Shown piece after piece: positions 1 to 9,764 of a DNA stretch of 64,000 nt. The stretch covers positions 140,021-204,020 of the forward strand of contig CAWFCK010000017.1 in the NCBI GenBank assembly GCA_963814325.1. The letters run 5' to 3'. The first letter of the stretch is position 1, and every line of letters starts with the position of its first letter. Origin of the DNA: an uncultured Flavobacteriales bacterium. Its GTDB lineage: Bacteria > Bacteroidota > Bacteroidia > Flavobacteriales_F > PHOS-HE28. The translations under genes were made by a program, and so were the position numbers. Under the pieces are notes generated by a model. It ran no database searches. It was not told the origin of the DNA and saw nothing but the letters and a program-made list of their open reading frames with translations.

Positions 1-753
1 ACTGCCCCATTTCCGTTGGACACTTCGGCTTTAGGTTCGCCCCTGGCCTTTGAGGTCGAACTGAACATCCACGGCAGCACCTCCTACAACTTCACGCCCT
101 TGGGAAGGGTGACGAACGTGCGGTGCTCATCCACTTGGCCTGATCCCAGCTTCAACGGGGCGTTCCTGCCCGACACGTCCACCATTACGCCTGGGGGATT
201 CACGTCGGAGTGGAAGGTGCTTCACTTGAACCGGGCCTATCCGCAGGAGTTCACCGGGAACAGGTTGGAGGAGGTGCAGCAGAGTGCCTTCGGCGTGTTC
301 CTGATCCAACCCGTGAATGACTACCAGAAGAACACGCGGGCCGCGAAGTACGGGGTCATGTTGATCGTGCTGGTCTTCCTGGTCTTCTTCTTTGTCGAGG
401 TCCTTCAACGGCTGCGGATCCATCCGATCCAGTACCTGCTCGTCGGTTTCGCGCTCTGCGTGTTCTACACGTTGCTCATCGCCATCAGCGAGCATCTGGG
501 ATTTGGCGCGGCCTACATCATCTCGGCCATCGCGGTCATTGGTCTTGTCGTGTTCTACTCGGCGAGTGTCTTCAAGGTGAAGCGGGCCACGCAACTCCTC
601 GGCCTGATCATGCTCCTCGTCTTCGGCTTCATGTTCACCCTGATCAACGAACAGGACCAGGCCTTGCTCTTCGGCAGCATAGGTCTCTTCATTGTCCTGG
701 CCTTGGTAATGGCCGTAAGCCGCAGGATCGACTGGGATAATGGCCGGGGGTGA
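1..753 (+). CDS. creD: CreD-family cell-envelope integrity membrane protein, C-terminal part (5' end lies outside the window)
   Basis: Frame-1 ORF is open from base 1 and stops at 751-753. A soluble segment is followed by about 5 hydrophobic helices with the CreD-like block RIHPIQYLLVGFALCVFYTLLIAISEHLGF. Confidence 0.75.
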   Translation, partial: TAPFPLDTSALGSPLAFEVELNIHGSTSYNFTPLGRVTNVRCSSTWPDPSFNGAFLPDTSTITPGGFTSEWKVLHLNRAYPQEFTGNRLEEVQQSAFGVFLIQPVNDYQKNTRAAKYGVMLIVLVFLVFFFVEVLQRLRIHPIQYLLVGFALCVFYTLLIAISEHLGFGAAYIISAIAVIGLVVFYSASVFKVKRATQLLGLIMLLVFGFMFTLINEQDQALLFGSIGLFIVLALVMAVSRRIDWDNGRG

Positions 754-997
754 GGGGGCGGTTATCAACGATCCCACCATCGGCTTGCCTCAACGGGGCT
801 GAAATTCCCCAAGCCCGCGTGGATCGCGGAATGGCAGGTTTTCCGGGCGGTTTTCATGCTCCGTTCACGGAGGGGATGTGCGATCCCATCGGGTAGGTGG
901 CGGCACTGGTCGAATTGTTGATCCAGAGGGGGGAATTTCGGTCGCCAATGGCGCGTTGTTGGATCAGTTTCGCACCGCTCTTACTCCGCACCTGTAC

Positions 998-3900
998 ATG
1001 CGCCACCTCTCCATCCAACTTCTGGTCGTTCTGGCGGCTGCCTTTGCAGGCCCAGCTCAGGCCACCATCTACTACGTTTCTCCCTCGGGTAACGATGCCA
1101 ATAACGGTACATCGCAGGCTACGCCGTGGAGAACGATCGACCGGTTGAATCAGATGACCTATCAGGTGGTTCCCGGTGATCAGATCCTGTTCCAACGCGG
1201 GGGAACCTATCGTGGTGAACTCATCTGGGGCGTTTCTGGTACGGCGGCCACACCTGTGACCTATGGGGCCTATGGCACCGGAGCTGCACCCGTGATCAGC
1301 GGTAGCAAGCTCGTGACGGGTTGGACCGCACACTCGGGCAACATCTACAAGGTCAGTGTCGGGCAGTTGGTCACTCAGGTATACGTGGGCGGCGTGCGGA
1401 TGGACCTGGCCCGCACCCCGAACGCAGGTACGTGGTACCGCAACAGCCAGGCCAGCGGCAACACCCTTCAGAGCAACAACATCACCCAGTCCAGCGGCTA
1501 CTTCACCGGGTCGCGCTGCGTCCTGCGCACCACCGCCAGCACCATCGACACCCTTCGCGTTAGCGCCCACAACGGCAATACGCTCACCTTCGCGAACAAC
1601 CCGTCCAATGGCAACATGGGTCCGGATGACTGGGGCTTTTTCCTCGAGAACAAGCTGGCCTTGCTCGATGCGCAGAATGAGTGGTTCTATGAGGCGTCCA
1701 CGGGCATGTTGTACCTGTGGGCGGCGAATGGCGTGAACCCGTCCAGCCTCACCGTAGAGGCCTGTGTGTACTACAGCGGCGTGAATTGCTACCCCGGCCG
1801 AAACTACGCCGTGATCCAGGACATCACCTTCCGCCATCAGCGCTACGCGGGCGTGCACAACGGTTCCGCCGGCCACGTTACGGTGACCGGCTGCACCTTC
1901 GAGGACGTGTACCACGGCATCCGGAGCTACGGCAGCTATGACAACTATTCCAACAACACCTTCAATCGCACACTGGCGAGCGGTTGCATCTTCATCGAGA
2001 GCAACTCCACCTTCAGCAACAACGTGCTCACCAACATCGCCACGATACCGGGACAGGGTGAAAGCAGCTGGGGTTACTTCGGTATCAGGGGCATCGGCAC
2101 GGGTAATGTGATCCGCAGCAATCGCTTCACCAACATCGGTTACACGGCCATTGAGGTGCAGGACAACCACCTGGTGGAAAAGAACGTGATCAGCAGCTAC
2201 GGTGCCACGCTCAACGATGGAGGGGGCATCAACTTCGATCATGCCAATGGCCTGATGATACAGGATAACATCATCCAGAACCCGATCGGTGGCCTTGATG
2301 GGTCGGCCACCAACCTGCCGCACTACCAGCACCTGGGCGTGGGCATCTACTTCGGCAATACCAGCATCGTGAACACCACGGTGCAGCGCAACACGCTGTA
2401 CAACATCCCGGGTGTAGGGATCAATGTGGACCACTGCATGAATTCGAACAACCTGCAGATCAAGGACAACGTGATCTTCAACGCTAAGATCGGAATGTCC
2501 ATCAGCGACTATTCCAACTACAACGGCCCGTATGCGGTGGCCCCATACCATGTGCCGAACTACAACGACGTGTACAGCGGCAACCAGATCTACTGCACCA
2601 ACAAGGACCAGCTCTACATCCGGTTCTACAATTGCTACAGCGCGAACCAAGTGGACTTCGGCACCTTCTCGAACAACAAGTACTTCAATCCCTATAACGA
2701 GGTCGGGATCTTCCAACAGAACCTGTTCAGCGGACAACAGAAGTGGTACACTTTGGAACGCTGGCAGGTGGAGCGCGGCGAGGACGCTGGCAGCACGCGC
2801 AGCCCGCTGCGCCAAAGCGACTATGCCACCACGAGTGAACTGAGCGGTAACCTCGTGGTCAATGGAGATTTCGCGGCGAACGTCAATGGCTGGGGTGGTT
2901 GGCCTACCAACGCCCAAGTGAGCCGGGTGACCACCAACCTGGACAACGGATGCCTGAAGGCCTACCTGCCGAACAACCAGGTTTCAAGCACCTTTTCCAT
3001 GCGTAATCCGGATTGGTTCAGCGTTTCGAATGGCGCTTGGTATCGCATGCGTGTCAGCGTGCAGGCACCGGCCGAAGGCGAACTGATCTGTGGGTTGAAG
3101 GCGCAGAGCACCTTGAGCGATCCGTACGCCATCTACGAGCGCCGGTTACCCTTCGGTCCTGAACGTCGCGATCTGGAGATCTACTTCCAGAGCAACATCA
3201 CCGACGTGGCCCAAGTGCGGCTGATCAACAGCTACCTGGATCCCACCTACTATCTGGACAATGTTGACGTGCGTCGCGTGAATGTGCAGGCGGTGGATCC
3301 CATGCTCACCAATATCCTCTTGGTGAACGACCAGGCCACTGCGCAGAACATGTCCCTGCCAGCAGGCTGCTGGAGCGACATCTCTGGCACCGTGCTCAGT
3401 GGCACGGCCACTGTGCCGGCATATGCGGGTCGCATCTTCTACAAAGTGGCCGATACGCAGTGCGCAACGCAAGGGAGCTCAGGCACGGTCTCCGCTAAGG
3501 TGCTGCTGGGCGGAGCGGTGAACTGGGCCAACTACATCATGCGCGACGATCTTCGCAATAGCAGCCTGATCCCCCTGACCGAACCGTACACGGCGATGGG
3601 CTATGTGCTGGAGAATCCCGCGGCCACGGTAAGCGCCTTGACATTGGCCAATACGGGGAACACGGCCATCGTCGATTGGGTGGTGGTGGAGGTCAGGAAC
3701 CCGGATGCGACCTACACCGTGGCGGCCAGACGAGCCTGCCTGTTGCGCCGCGACGGTACCGTGGTCACCACCACGGGCGACCCGGTGATCACGTTCAGCA
3801 CCACTACGACCGTGGGTAAGCGGCTCGCGGTGCGTCATCGCAACCACTTGGGCGCGATGTCCGGCAGTGCGCTCAGTGCGAATGGACAACTCGTGGACTT

Positions 3901-4210
3901 CTCCCTTCCCACGACGTCCACTTACGGAAACGACGCACAGCAGACCGACGGCAGCCGCAGGGCACTGTGGCCGGGCAACTGCAATGCGGATATTTCGGTG
4001 AAGTACACCGGCGCGGGAAACGATCGTGACCCGATCCTGAGCTTCATCGGCGGCACTATTCCCACTGCTATTGTCAGTGGGTATCGCCCGGAGGATGTGA
4101 ACATGGATGGCATCGTGAAATACACAGGGGTCAGCAATGATCGCGATGCCGTGCTCACCATCATCGGCGGAACCATCCCCACCAGCACGAAGCCGCAGCA
4201 GCTGCCTTGA
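998..4210 (+). CDS. Secreted right-handed parallel beta-helix repeat protein with a CBM-like segment and a QLP-ending C-terminal module
   Basis: ORF 878-4210. ATG 998 gives the signal peptide MRHLSIQLLVVLAAAFAGPAQA. Repeated PbH1-like units are present (NNVLTNIATIPG, IRSNRFTNIGYTAIEV, MIQDNIIQN, VQRNTLYNIPGVGINV), followed by an NGDF..W jelly-roll-like part. The last 235 aa are shared with 29060-29791 and 33215-33947. Confidence 0.85.
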   Translation: MRHLSIQLLVVLAAAFAGPAQATIYYVSPSGNDANNGTSQATPWRTIDRLNQMTYQVVPGDQILFQRGGTYRGELIWGVSGTAATPVTYGAYGTGAAPVISGSKLVTGWTAHSGNIYKVSVGQLVTQVYVGGVRMDLARTPNAGTWYRNSQASGNTLQSNNITQSSGYFTGSRCVLRTTASTIDTLRVSAHNGNTLTFANNPSNGNMGPDDWGFFLENKLALLDAQNEWFYEASTGMLYLWAANGVNPSSLTVEACVYYSGVNCYPGRNYAVIQDITFRHQRYAGVHNGSAGHVTVTGCTFEDVYHGIRSYGSYDNYSNNTFNRTLASGCIFIESNSTFSNNVLTNIATIPGQGESSWGYFGIRGIGTGNVIRSNRFTNIGYTAIEVQDNHLVEKNVISSYGATLNDGGGINFDHANGLMIQDNIIQNPIGGLDGSATNLPHYQHLGVGIYFGNTSIVNTTVQRNTLYNIPGVGINVDHCMNSNNLQIKDNVIFNAKIGMSISDYSNYNGPYAVAPYHVPNYNDVYSGNQIYCTNKDQLYIRFYNCYSANQVDFGTFSNNKYFNPYNEVGIFQQNLFSGQQKWYTLERWQVERGEDAGSTRSPLRQSDYATTSELSGNLVVNGDFAANVNGWGGWPTNAQVSRVTTNLDNGCLKAYLPNNQVSSTFSMRNPDWFSVSNGAWYRMRVSVQAPAEGELICGLKAQSTLSDPYAIYERRLPFGPERRDLEIYFQSNITDVAQVRLINSYLDPTYYLDNVDVRRVNVQAVDPMLTNILLVNDQATAQNMSLPAGCWSDISGTVLSGTATVPAYAGRIFYKVADTQCATQGSSGTVSAKVLLGGAVNWANYIMRDDLRNSSLIPLTEPYTAMGYVLENPAATVSALTLANTGNTAIVDWVVVEVRNPDATYTVAARRACLLRRDGTVVTTTGDPVITFSTTTTVGKRLAVRHRNHLGAMSGSALSANGQLVDFSLPTTSTYGNDAQQTDGSRRALWPGNCNADISVKYTGAGNDRDPILSFIGGTIPTAIVSGYRPEDVNMDGIVKYTGVSNDRDAVLTIIGGTIPTSTKPQQLP

Positions 4211-4227
4211 TCGGTAGGTCGGTAAGG

Positions 4228-4265
4228 AATGGGCGGGCTCGTGACAACGGACCCGCCCATTTCAT
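4228..4265. terminator. Bidirectional hairpin terminator between convergent genes
   Basis: Perfect 10-bp stem AATGGGCGGG (4228-4237) / CCCGCCCATT (4252-4261) with a 14-nt loop, followed by TTCATTC. It lies between the stops at 4210 (+) and 4322 (-). Confidence 0.6.
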
Positions 4266-4321
4266 TCATGGCATAGCGGTCACCGATCGGCAAGGTGCCG
4301 CCCCGGTCTTGGCGATGCTCT

Positions 4322-5074
4322 TCAGATGATCACCAGGGAGGCTGGCGCGGCCCAGCCTACACTGCCGCTGCTCAACTTCACTTCATACCAGCCGTTCTGC
4401 TCCTGCAGCACCGACACCTTGGTGCCCTCGTGCAGCACGAAGACGGTCGTGGCTCCAATGCGAGGTTCGGCCAATACATCCACTTTCGGCATCATGATGA
4501 TGGCCTGCGACCGGTCGTTCACTTCGGCCAAGCGATAGCCGGCCAGCACCATGGCCGTTACCGTGATCACGGCACTGAGCGCCACTGCGATGAGCAACAC
4601 CCGCTTCACCGCAGGGCGTTGCACAAGAACGAACGCGATGGCCAGCCCAAAGAGCAGGAGGCAGGCCCACAACGAGCGCCGGGCCCATTGGTCCACATCC
4701 TTGCCTCCGCGAACACGGTCCCATACCGAACCCAGGGTGAATGCGGGCAACTGGTTCACACGGTCCACCACCTGCGTTCTCGCCAGGTCCAGGTTGGCTT
4801 GTATGTCCTCGCTTCCCGGCTGCAGGCGGATCGCGCGCTCGTAGTGGAGGATGGCCGAAGGAACATCGCCCAACTTCATGTGACAATTGCCGATGTTGAA
4901 GTAGAGCGAAGCCGAGCTCATTTCACGTCCAACGGAATCGTAAAGGGCCAAAGCCTCTCCATACGCGCCTTTGGCATAGGCATCCTGTGCGCGAACAACA
5001 AGCTCGTCCGTTTGCGCCTGCACTGGGACCAGGGCAACGAAAAGGAGAAGCTGGAGGAGATGACGCATGATCAT
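4322..5074 (-). CDS. batE: BatE-type TPR / SH3-domain membrane protein (last gene of the Bat operon)
   Basis: Signal peptide, TPR units (AYAKGAYGEALALY, YFNIGNCHMKLGD, AILHYERAIRLQP), two TM helices and a C-terminal SH3-like GWYEVKLSSGSVGW. Its start overlaps the batD stop as ATGA (5071-5074). Confidence 0.85.
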   Translation of the reverse strand: MIMRHLLQLLLFVALVPVQAQTDELVVRAQDAYAKGAYGEALALYDSVGREMSSASLYFNIGNCHMKLGDVPSAILHYERAIRLQPGSEDIQANLDLARTQVVDRVNQLPAFTLGSVWDRVRGGKDVDQWARRSLWACLLLFGLAIAFVLVQRPAVKRVLLIAVALSAVITVTAMVLAGYRLAEVNDRSQAIIMMPKVDVLAEPRIGATTVFVLHEGTKVSVLQEQNGWYEVKLSSGSVGWAAPASLVII

Positions 5075-6820
5075 AGCTGTTCTTCAATGCGGTGGATCAG
5101 CGATGCAGCCTCGTCATAGCTCTGCTGACGTGGCTTGTTCTCGATCGGTGCGAACCGGGCCGTTCCGCAGTCGTTGAGGAGCTCAGCGTACTGTTCCGCC
5201 AAGGCCCCACCTTCCAGATGACCAAGCCGCTCACGCACCATGGTGCTGTTCACATCCGCGACCCCGAGGTTGAACTTGTCCGCGAAATAGCCTTCCAACG
5301 CTTTGCCCAAGGCGGAATAGAATCCATCACGATCGTTGAGTTTCAGCGCATCCGCAGCGGCTTTCAGACGTTGCCGGGCAATGCGATCGGCACCCTTGCG
5401 CCGGAGACCGCTGGTGTCCGACAGTTGCTTTTGGCGGCGTCGGTACATCGCCAGAAAGAGCAGGAAGGCGAGGGGAGGGGCGGACATAGCGGCCAGGTAG
5501 TACCACGAACCGAACAGGTGATGGCCGATGGGTTCCAGACCGAGGTCACCCGTGCGGATGTAGCGGATGTCCTGGTGCAGCTGCTTCACCTCCGTGCGGT
5601 TCGGGCCGGCAGGGGCGTTCGCCGTGCCATCGCCCTTGGCGATGCTGAACTGCAGCGCTGAGCTGGAAAGTGAACGGTACTGCGCGGTGGATGGGTCGAA
5701 GTAGCTGAAGGTGATCGGCCCCACCGAATAGTCGCCTTCGTGGCGTGGAATGATCAGGAATTGGAATTCGCGCGAACCGCTCATGCCAGCGCCGTTCACG
5801 GAGATCTTGTCGGCGATCTTCGGATCGTATGATTCGAAGTCGGATGGGGAAGCCCAGCTTCGGGGCATCGATGAGCTTGAGGTTCGCCCGGCCGGTGAAA
5901 CGGATGGTGAGGTCGATGGCCTCGTTGGCCTTCACGTCCGTGGTGGGCACCTTGATGTCCATCTTCAGGTCACCGACCGCGCCGATGAAGTCCGCCGGCT
6001 TACCTGCCGGAAGGTCCAGGGCGTTGACCTCGGCGGCGTTGCTGGTGATGGTCACCGGTGTGCCGTTGTTGAAGAAGCCCACGTTCACGCGGTAGTTCAA
6101 CGTCATCGGTGCGATACGGAGCTTGCCGGGGCGCTGGGGAAAGAGCACCTGCTTCTTGATCACGGCAGTGTTGTACCGCAGCCCGTTGATCGTTGTGCGG
6201 CACCTTTCCCAGGTGGTCTCACCCAGGTCGATCTCCTCGGCCCAGAAACCATCCAACTTGGGCAGGTCGTAATCGCCGGGCTGCAATGAGTTGTAGCGCG
6301 AGTAAAGGGTGTAGGTCGCAATGATCTGCTCGCCCACATAGGCCTTGCTCTTGCTGAGGGAGATGGTGCAGAAGAGGTTCGGGTCGCTCTTCTGGGCCTG
6401 GTTGAGCAGCGAACTGTTCGCTCCGCTGCCCTCGCCTTTCACCAAATGGATCGTGATGGGTGCTGATCGAATGGTGCCACCGCCCACACGCGCCGTGGCG
6501 GCACCGATGGTGTAGTCGCCCGGCTGCACGCCTTGCAGATAGTAGGTGCGCATCACGGAACTGGAGGTGCGCCCGTTCGCCATGCTGAAACTGTTCTGGT
6601 CGAAGGGGCCTTGCACCACCACGAGTCCACCCATGTCCGGGGGCGTGATGCCGCTGCCCATGGGCGCGTTCGTCAGGGTCAGCGTCAACTTGATGGGCTC
6701 GCCGGTGGACGCCGTGTTCTTGTTTACCGTCGCTTGGAACGTGATCTCCTGCGCGCTTGCGCCAAGGCCTGCTGCGCAGACCAACAAGAGGAGTATGGAA
6801 CGGAAGAAGGCCTTCATCAT
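5071..6820 (-). pseudogene. batD: BatD-type oxygen-tolerance protein, reading frame interrupted once (possibly an assembly error)
   Basis: ORFs 5546-6826 and 5071-5868 join into one BatD-like protein: signal peptide MMKAFFRSILLLLVCAAGLGASAQ, beta-rich repeats, a TM helix and a helical tail. The frame switches at the G4 run 5846-5849 (C4 on the coding strand): ..DAPKLGFP|SDFESYDPK... ATG 6820 shares one base with the batC stop. Confidence 0.8.
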
Positions 6821-7542
6821 CACCAATCCTTTTCAATGGGCACTTTCACCCGCGCACGCATTTTCTCCCGGGCCTTATCCTGCGTGTTCTTCTCCTGTTG
6901 TTGCACGGCGTCCAGCATACGTTGGGCATCCTGCTGGTCGATCTGTCCGGGGTCCTTTCGCTTCTGGGCTTGCTGCGGATCCTGTTGTTGCTGCTGATCC
7001 TTGGGCTGCTGATCCTTCTTCTGGTCCTGCTGGTCCTTCTGCTGATCCTGCTTCTGCTGCTGGTCCTGTTGCTGGTCCTGCTGTTGATCCTTCTGGTCCT
7101 TGTTCTGGTCGTTCTTCTGCTGTTCCTGTTCCAGCTTCTTCTTCGCGTAGGCCAGGTTGTAGCGGCTGTCTTCGTCGTCCGGTCTGCGGCGGAGGGCCTG
7201 CTTGTAGGCGTTGATGGCCTCCTGCCACTTGCTCTGTTTGAGCCAGCTGTTACCGAGGTTGTGGTAGGCCCTGGCCTGCGCATCGGCATCCTTGGCCAAG
7301 CTGACGGCCGCTTCGAAGCTGCGTTGCGCATCCGCCACACTGTCCTGCCGGTAATACGCATTGCCCAGGTTGAAGGCCCCGCGCTGATCGGCCTGGGCCT
7401 GAGTGTAGTTGCGGATGGCCGTGGCCTGATCACCCTTGCGGTAGGCCATGTTGCCTTTGCGCAAGGCCTGCTCGGGCTTCTGCTGGCCCAACAGCGTGGC
7501 CGCCAGCAGCGCAAAGCTGGTGAGTAGTGTGGCTCGCTTCAT
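6820..7542 (-). CDS. batC: BatC-type TPR protein with a Q/D/K-rich low-complexity tail
   Basis: Signal peptide MKRATLLTSFALLAATLLG, TPR units (GNMAYRKGD, FNLGNAYYRQD, YHNLGNSWLKQSKWQEAINAYKQALR), then about 60 aa of QQDQQK repeats. ATGA overlap with the batB stop (7539-7542). Confidence 0.85.
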   Translation of the reverse strand: MKRATLLTSFALLAATLLGQQKPEQALRKGNMAYRKGDQATAIRNYTQAQADQRGAFNLGNAYYRQDSVADAQRSFEAAVSLAKDADAQARAYHNLGNSWLKQSKWQEAINAYKQALRRRPDDEDSRYNLAYAKKKLEQEQQKNDQNKDQKDQQQDQQQDQQQKQDQQKDQQDQKKDQQPKDQQQQQDPQQAQKRKDPGQIDQQDAQRMLDAVQQQEKNTQDKAREKMRARVKVPIEKDW

Positions 7543-8685
7543 TGGAATAGCTCGTTCCATCGTTGCCGTGTGCTTCCGCGTTCGCCCATGAACAACCCTG
7601 CGAAGATGAGCATGCAGGCCGTTGCCAGGAAGTATTGGTAGCGGTCCTCATGCCCGGCGAAGGAGTATGTGCCGGTGCGGGTCTGGTCCATGCTGCGCAA
7701 GCGCTCCACCATGGCCTCAATACCTGTGCCGCTGTTCGTTGCCTTCACATATTCCCCATTGCCGGCCGCGGCCACCCGGCGCAGCATGTCCTCGTTCAGT
7801 TTGCTGATCACCGTGTTGCCCTCTTTGTCCTTCTTGAAGCCCAACACTTGATCACCCCGCCGCTCCGGAATGGGAGCGCCCTCCACCGTGCCAAGCCCGA
7901 TGGTGTTCACCACGATGCCTTCACCGGCAGCTGCGAGGGCTGCGGCCTCGCCATCATCTTCGAAGCTCTCGCCATCGCTGATCACGATGATCGCCCGGCC
8001 CTTGGCGCCATCGGCCTTGAAGCTGCGGGCCGCCGTGCTCGATCGCCGCACCGAGCGCGGTGCCCTGCGTGGTCACCATACCCGGTCCGATGTTCCCCAG
8101 GAAGAGCTTCGCCGCTGACTTGTCCGCCGTGATGGGCAGTTGCGTATAGGCCGTGCCGGCGAACACCACGATGCCCAACCGATCACCCTGCAAGCGTTCG
8201 ATCAATTGGGTAAGGGCCCTGCGCGCCACTTCCATGCGGTTGGGCCGCAGGTCCTCGGCGAGCATGCTGTTGCTTACGTCCACCGCCACAACCACATCGA
8301 CGCCCTTGGCCACGATCTTCTCCAATCGCGTGCCCATCTGCGGACCGGCCAGGGCGAACACGGCGAAGCTGAAGCCGTGCCGCAGCAGCAGGAAACGCAA
8401 GGTGGTGCGCCAGTTGCTCACACCGGGCACCATGTACGGCAACAGGGGGCCGTTGCTGAAACGTGCCAGCGCCCGGTTCTTCAGAGCCAGGCCGATCAGG
8501 AAGAAAAGCGTGAGCACCGGACCGAGGAACAGGCCGTACAACATCTGCGGACGTTCCATGCGGAATTGCGGCAGGTACTGTTCGGAGGCGAGCCAGAAGG
8601 CGATGCCCACGGCCCATGCCAGCACTTCGATCACCAGGATGATCGCGGTGAGCGTACCGGCCCGATATGTTCCGCGCAGGCTCAT
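7539..8685 (-). pseudogene. batB: BatB-type von Willebrand factor A protein, frame interrupted once (possibly an assembly error)
   Basis: ORFs 7954-8742 and 7539-8051 join. The N-terminal part has TM helices and the VWA MIDAS motif VVVAVDVSNSM. The frame switches near 8020-8045 (..TTQGTALGAAIE | ..RSFKADGAKGRAIIVISDGESFEDD). ATG 8685 overlaps the batA stop as ATGA. Confidence 0.8.
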
Positions 8686-9764
8686 GGGGTGAGGCGGAAG
8701 AAGGTGCGTTCGAGCAAAAGGCCCAACGCGATCAACGTGCATCCGGCCAGCAACGCGCGGAAGTATTCCTCGTTGCGGCGGCTGTGCTCGGTCACTTTCA
8801 CGCGGGTCTTCTCCAGCTTGTCGATCTCCGTATAGACCCCGCGCAACTTGCGTTCATCCGTGGCCCTGAAATAGCGACCACCCGTGAGGTCGGCCACCTT
8901 CTTCAACATCTCCTCATCGATCTCCACATCCACGTAGTCATACTTGAACTGACCGTTGGGATAGATGGCCACCGGTGAAAGTGCTTTCCCGCGCGTGCCC
9001 ACACCAATGGTGTAAACGCGCACGCCGAACTGCCGCGCGATCTGGGCCGCATCGAGGGGCTGGATCGTGCCCGCGTTGTTCACGCCATCGGTGAGCAGGA
9101 TGATCACCTTGCTTTTGCTTTCGCTGTCGCGCAGCCGATTGATCGCAGTGGCCAGGCCCATGCCCACGGCCGTGCCCCCATCGATCAGTCCACTGCGTGA
9201 TTGCAGGAACAGGTCGGTGAGCACGCGGTGGTCCGTGGTAAGCGGACACTGGGTGAAGGCTTCGCCCTCGTACACCACCAGCCCGATGCGATCATCCGGC
9301 CGGTCGTCGATGAACTTCAACGCAACACTGCGCGCCGCTTCAAGCCGGTCGGGCTTGAAGTCCTTCGCCAGCATGCTCGCGCTGAAGTCCATGGCGATCA
9401 CGATGTCGATGCCGTCGCGGGTGACGTCCTGCCAGTTGTCCTTGCTCTGCGGGCGAGCCATCGCGAGGATGAGCGCCGCCAGACCGAGCAAGGTGATGGC
9501 AAATGGCAGATCACGCAACCGGGCCTTTAGGTCGATGGGACCGGATGCGAAGAACTTCATCGTGGGCAAGCTGGCACTCGGCTGTTGTGCGTCCCTGCGC
9601 CAGGTATGCCATGCCGCGAGCAGGGGGATCGCCAATAGCCCCCAGAGGAACAGTGGTGAGGCCAACTCGTAGCGACGGTGCAACCACCACCAAGCACCGA
9701 TGATGGCCGCGTGCACGAGCAGCAGCATCACCAGGAGCGGTAGATGTTTACGAACGCGGTTCAT
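8682..9764 (-). CDS. batA: BatA-type von Willebrand factor A protein
   Basis: 360-aa ORF with N-terminal TM helices, VWA MIDAS motif IVIAMDFSASM, ..IILLTDGVNNAG.. and a C-terminal TM helix. It sits between the Bat-operon membrane protein and batB. Confidence 0.88.
   Translation of the reverse strand: MNRVRKHLPLLVMLLLVHAAIIGAWWWLHRRYELASPLFLWGLLAIPLLAAWHTWRRDAQQPSASLPTMKFFASGPIDLKARLRDLPFAITLLGLAALILAMARPQSKDNWQDVTRDGIDIVIAMDFSASMLAKDFKPDRLEAARSVALKFIDDRPDDRIGLVVYEGEAFTQCPLTTDHRVLTDLFLQSRSGLIDGGTAVGMGLATAINRLRDSESKSKVIILLTDGVNNAGTIQPLDAAQIARQFGVRVYTIGVGTRGKALSPVAIYPNGQFKYDYVDVEIDEEMLKKVADLTGGRYFRATDERKLRGVYTEIDKLEKTRVKVTEHSRRNEEYFRALLAGCTLIALGLLLERTFFRLTP

Noticed and set aside
854-2917. Long antisense or overlapping ORFs in the six-frame track. 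Examples: 854-2917 (-), 127-780 (-), 9700-10725 (+), 35832-36530 (+), 37621-38706 (+), 39942-41843 (+), 42860-43978 (+), 45656-47008 (+), 51092-53014 (+), 60684-61697 (+), 62460-63371 (-).
   Set aside because: They lie opposite genes with clear family motifs. Their composition is Arg/Ala/Gly/His-rich with no domains, and such shadow ORFs are expected in GC-rich DNA. None was reported as a gene.
6950-7140. The CTG/CAG-rich imperfect DNA repeats as a separate repeat element.
   Set aside because: They encode the Q/D/K-rich low-complexity tail that is a normal feature of BatC-type proteins. They are in frame and internal to the gene.
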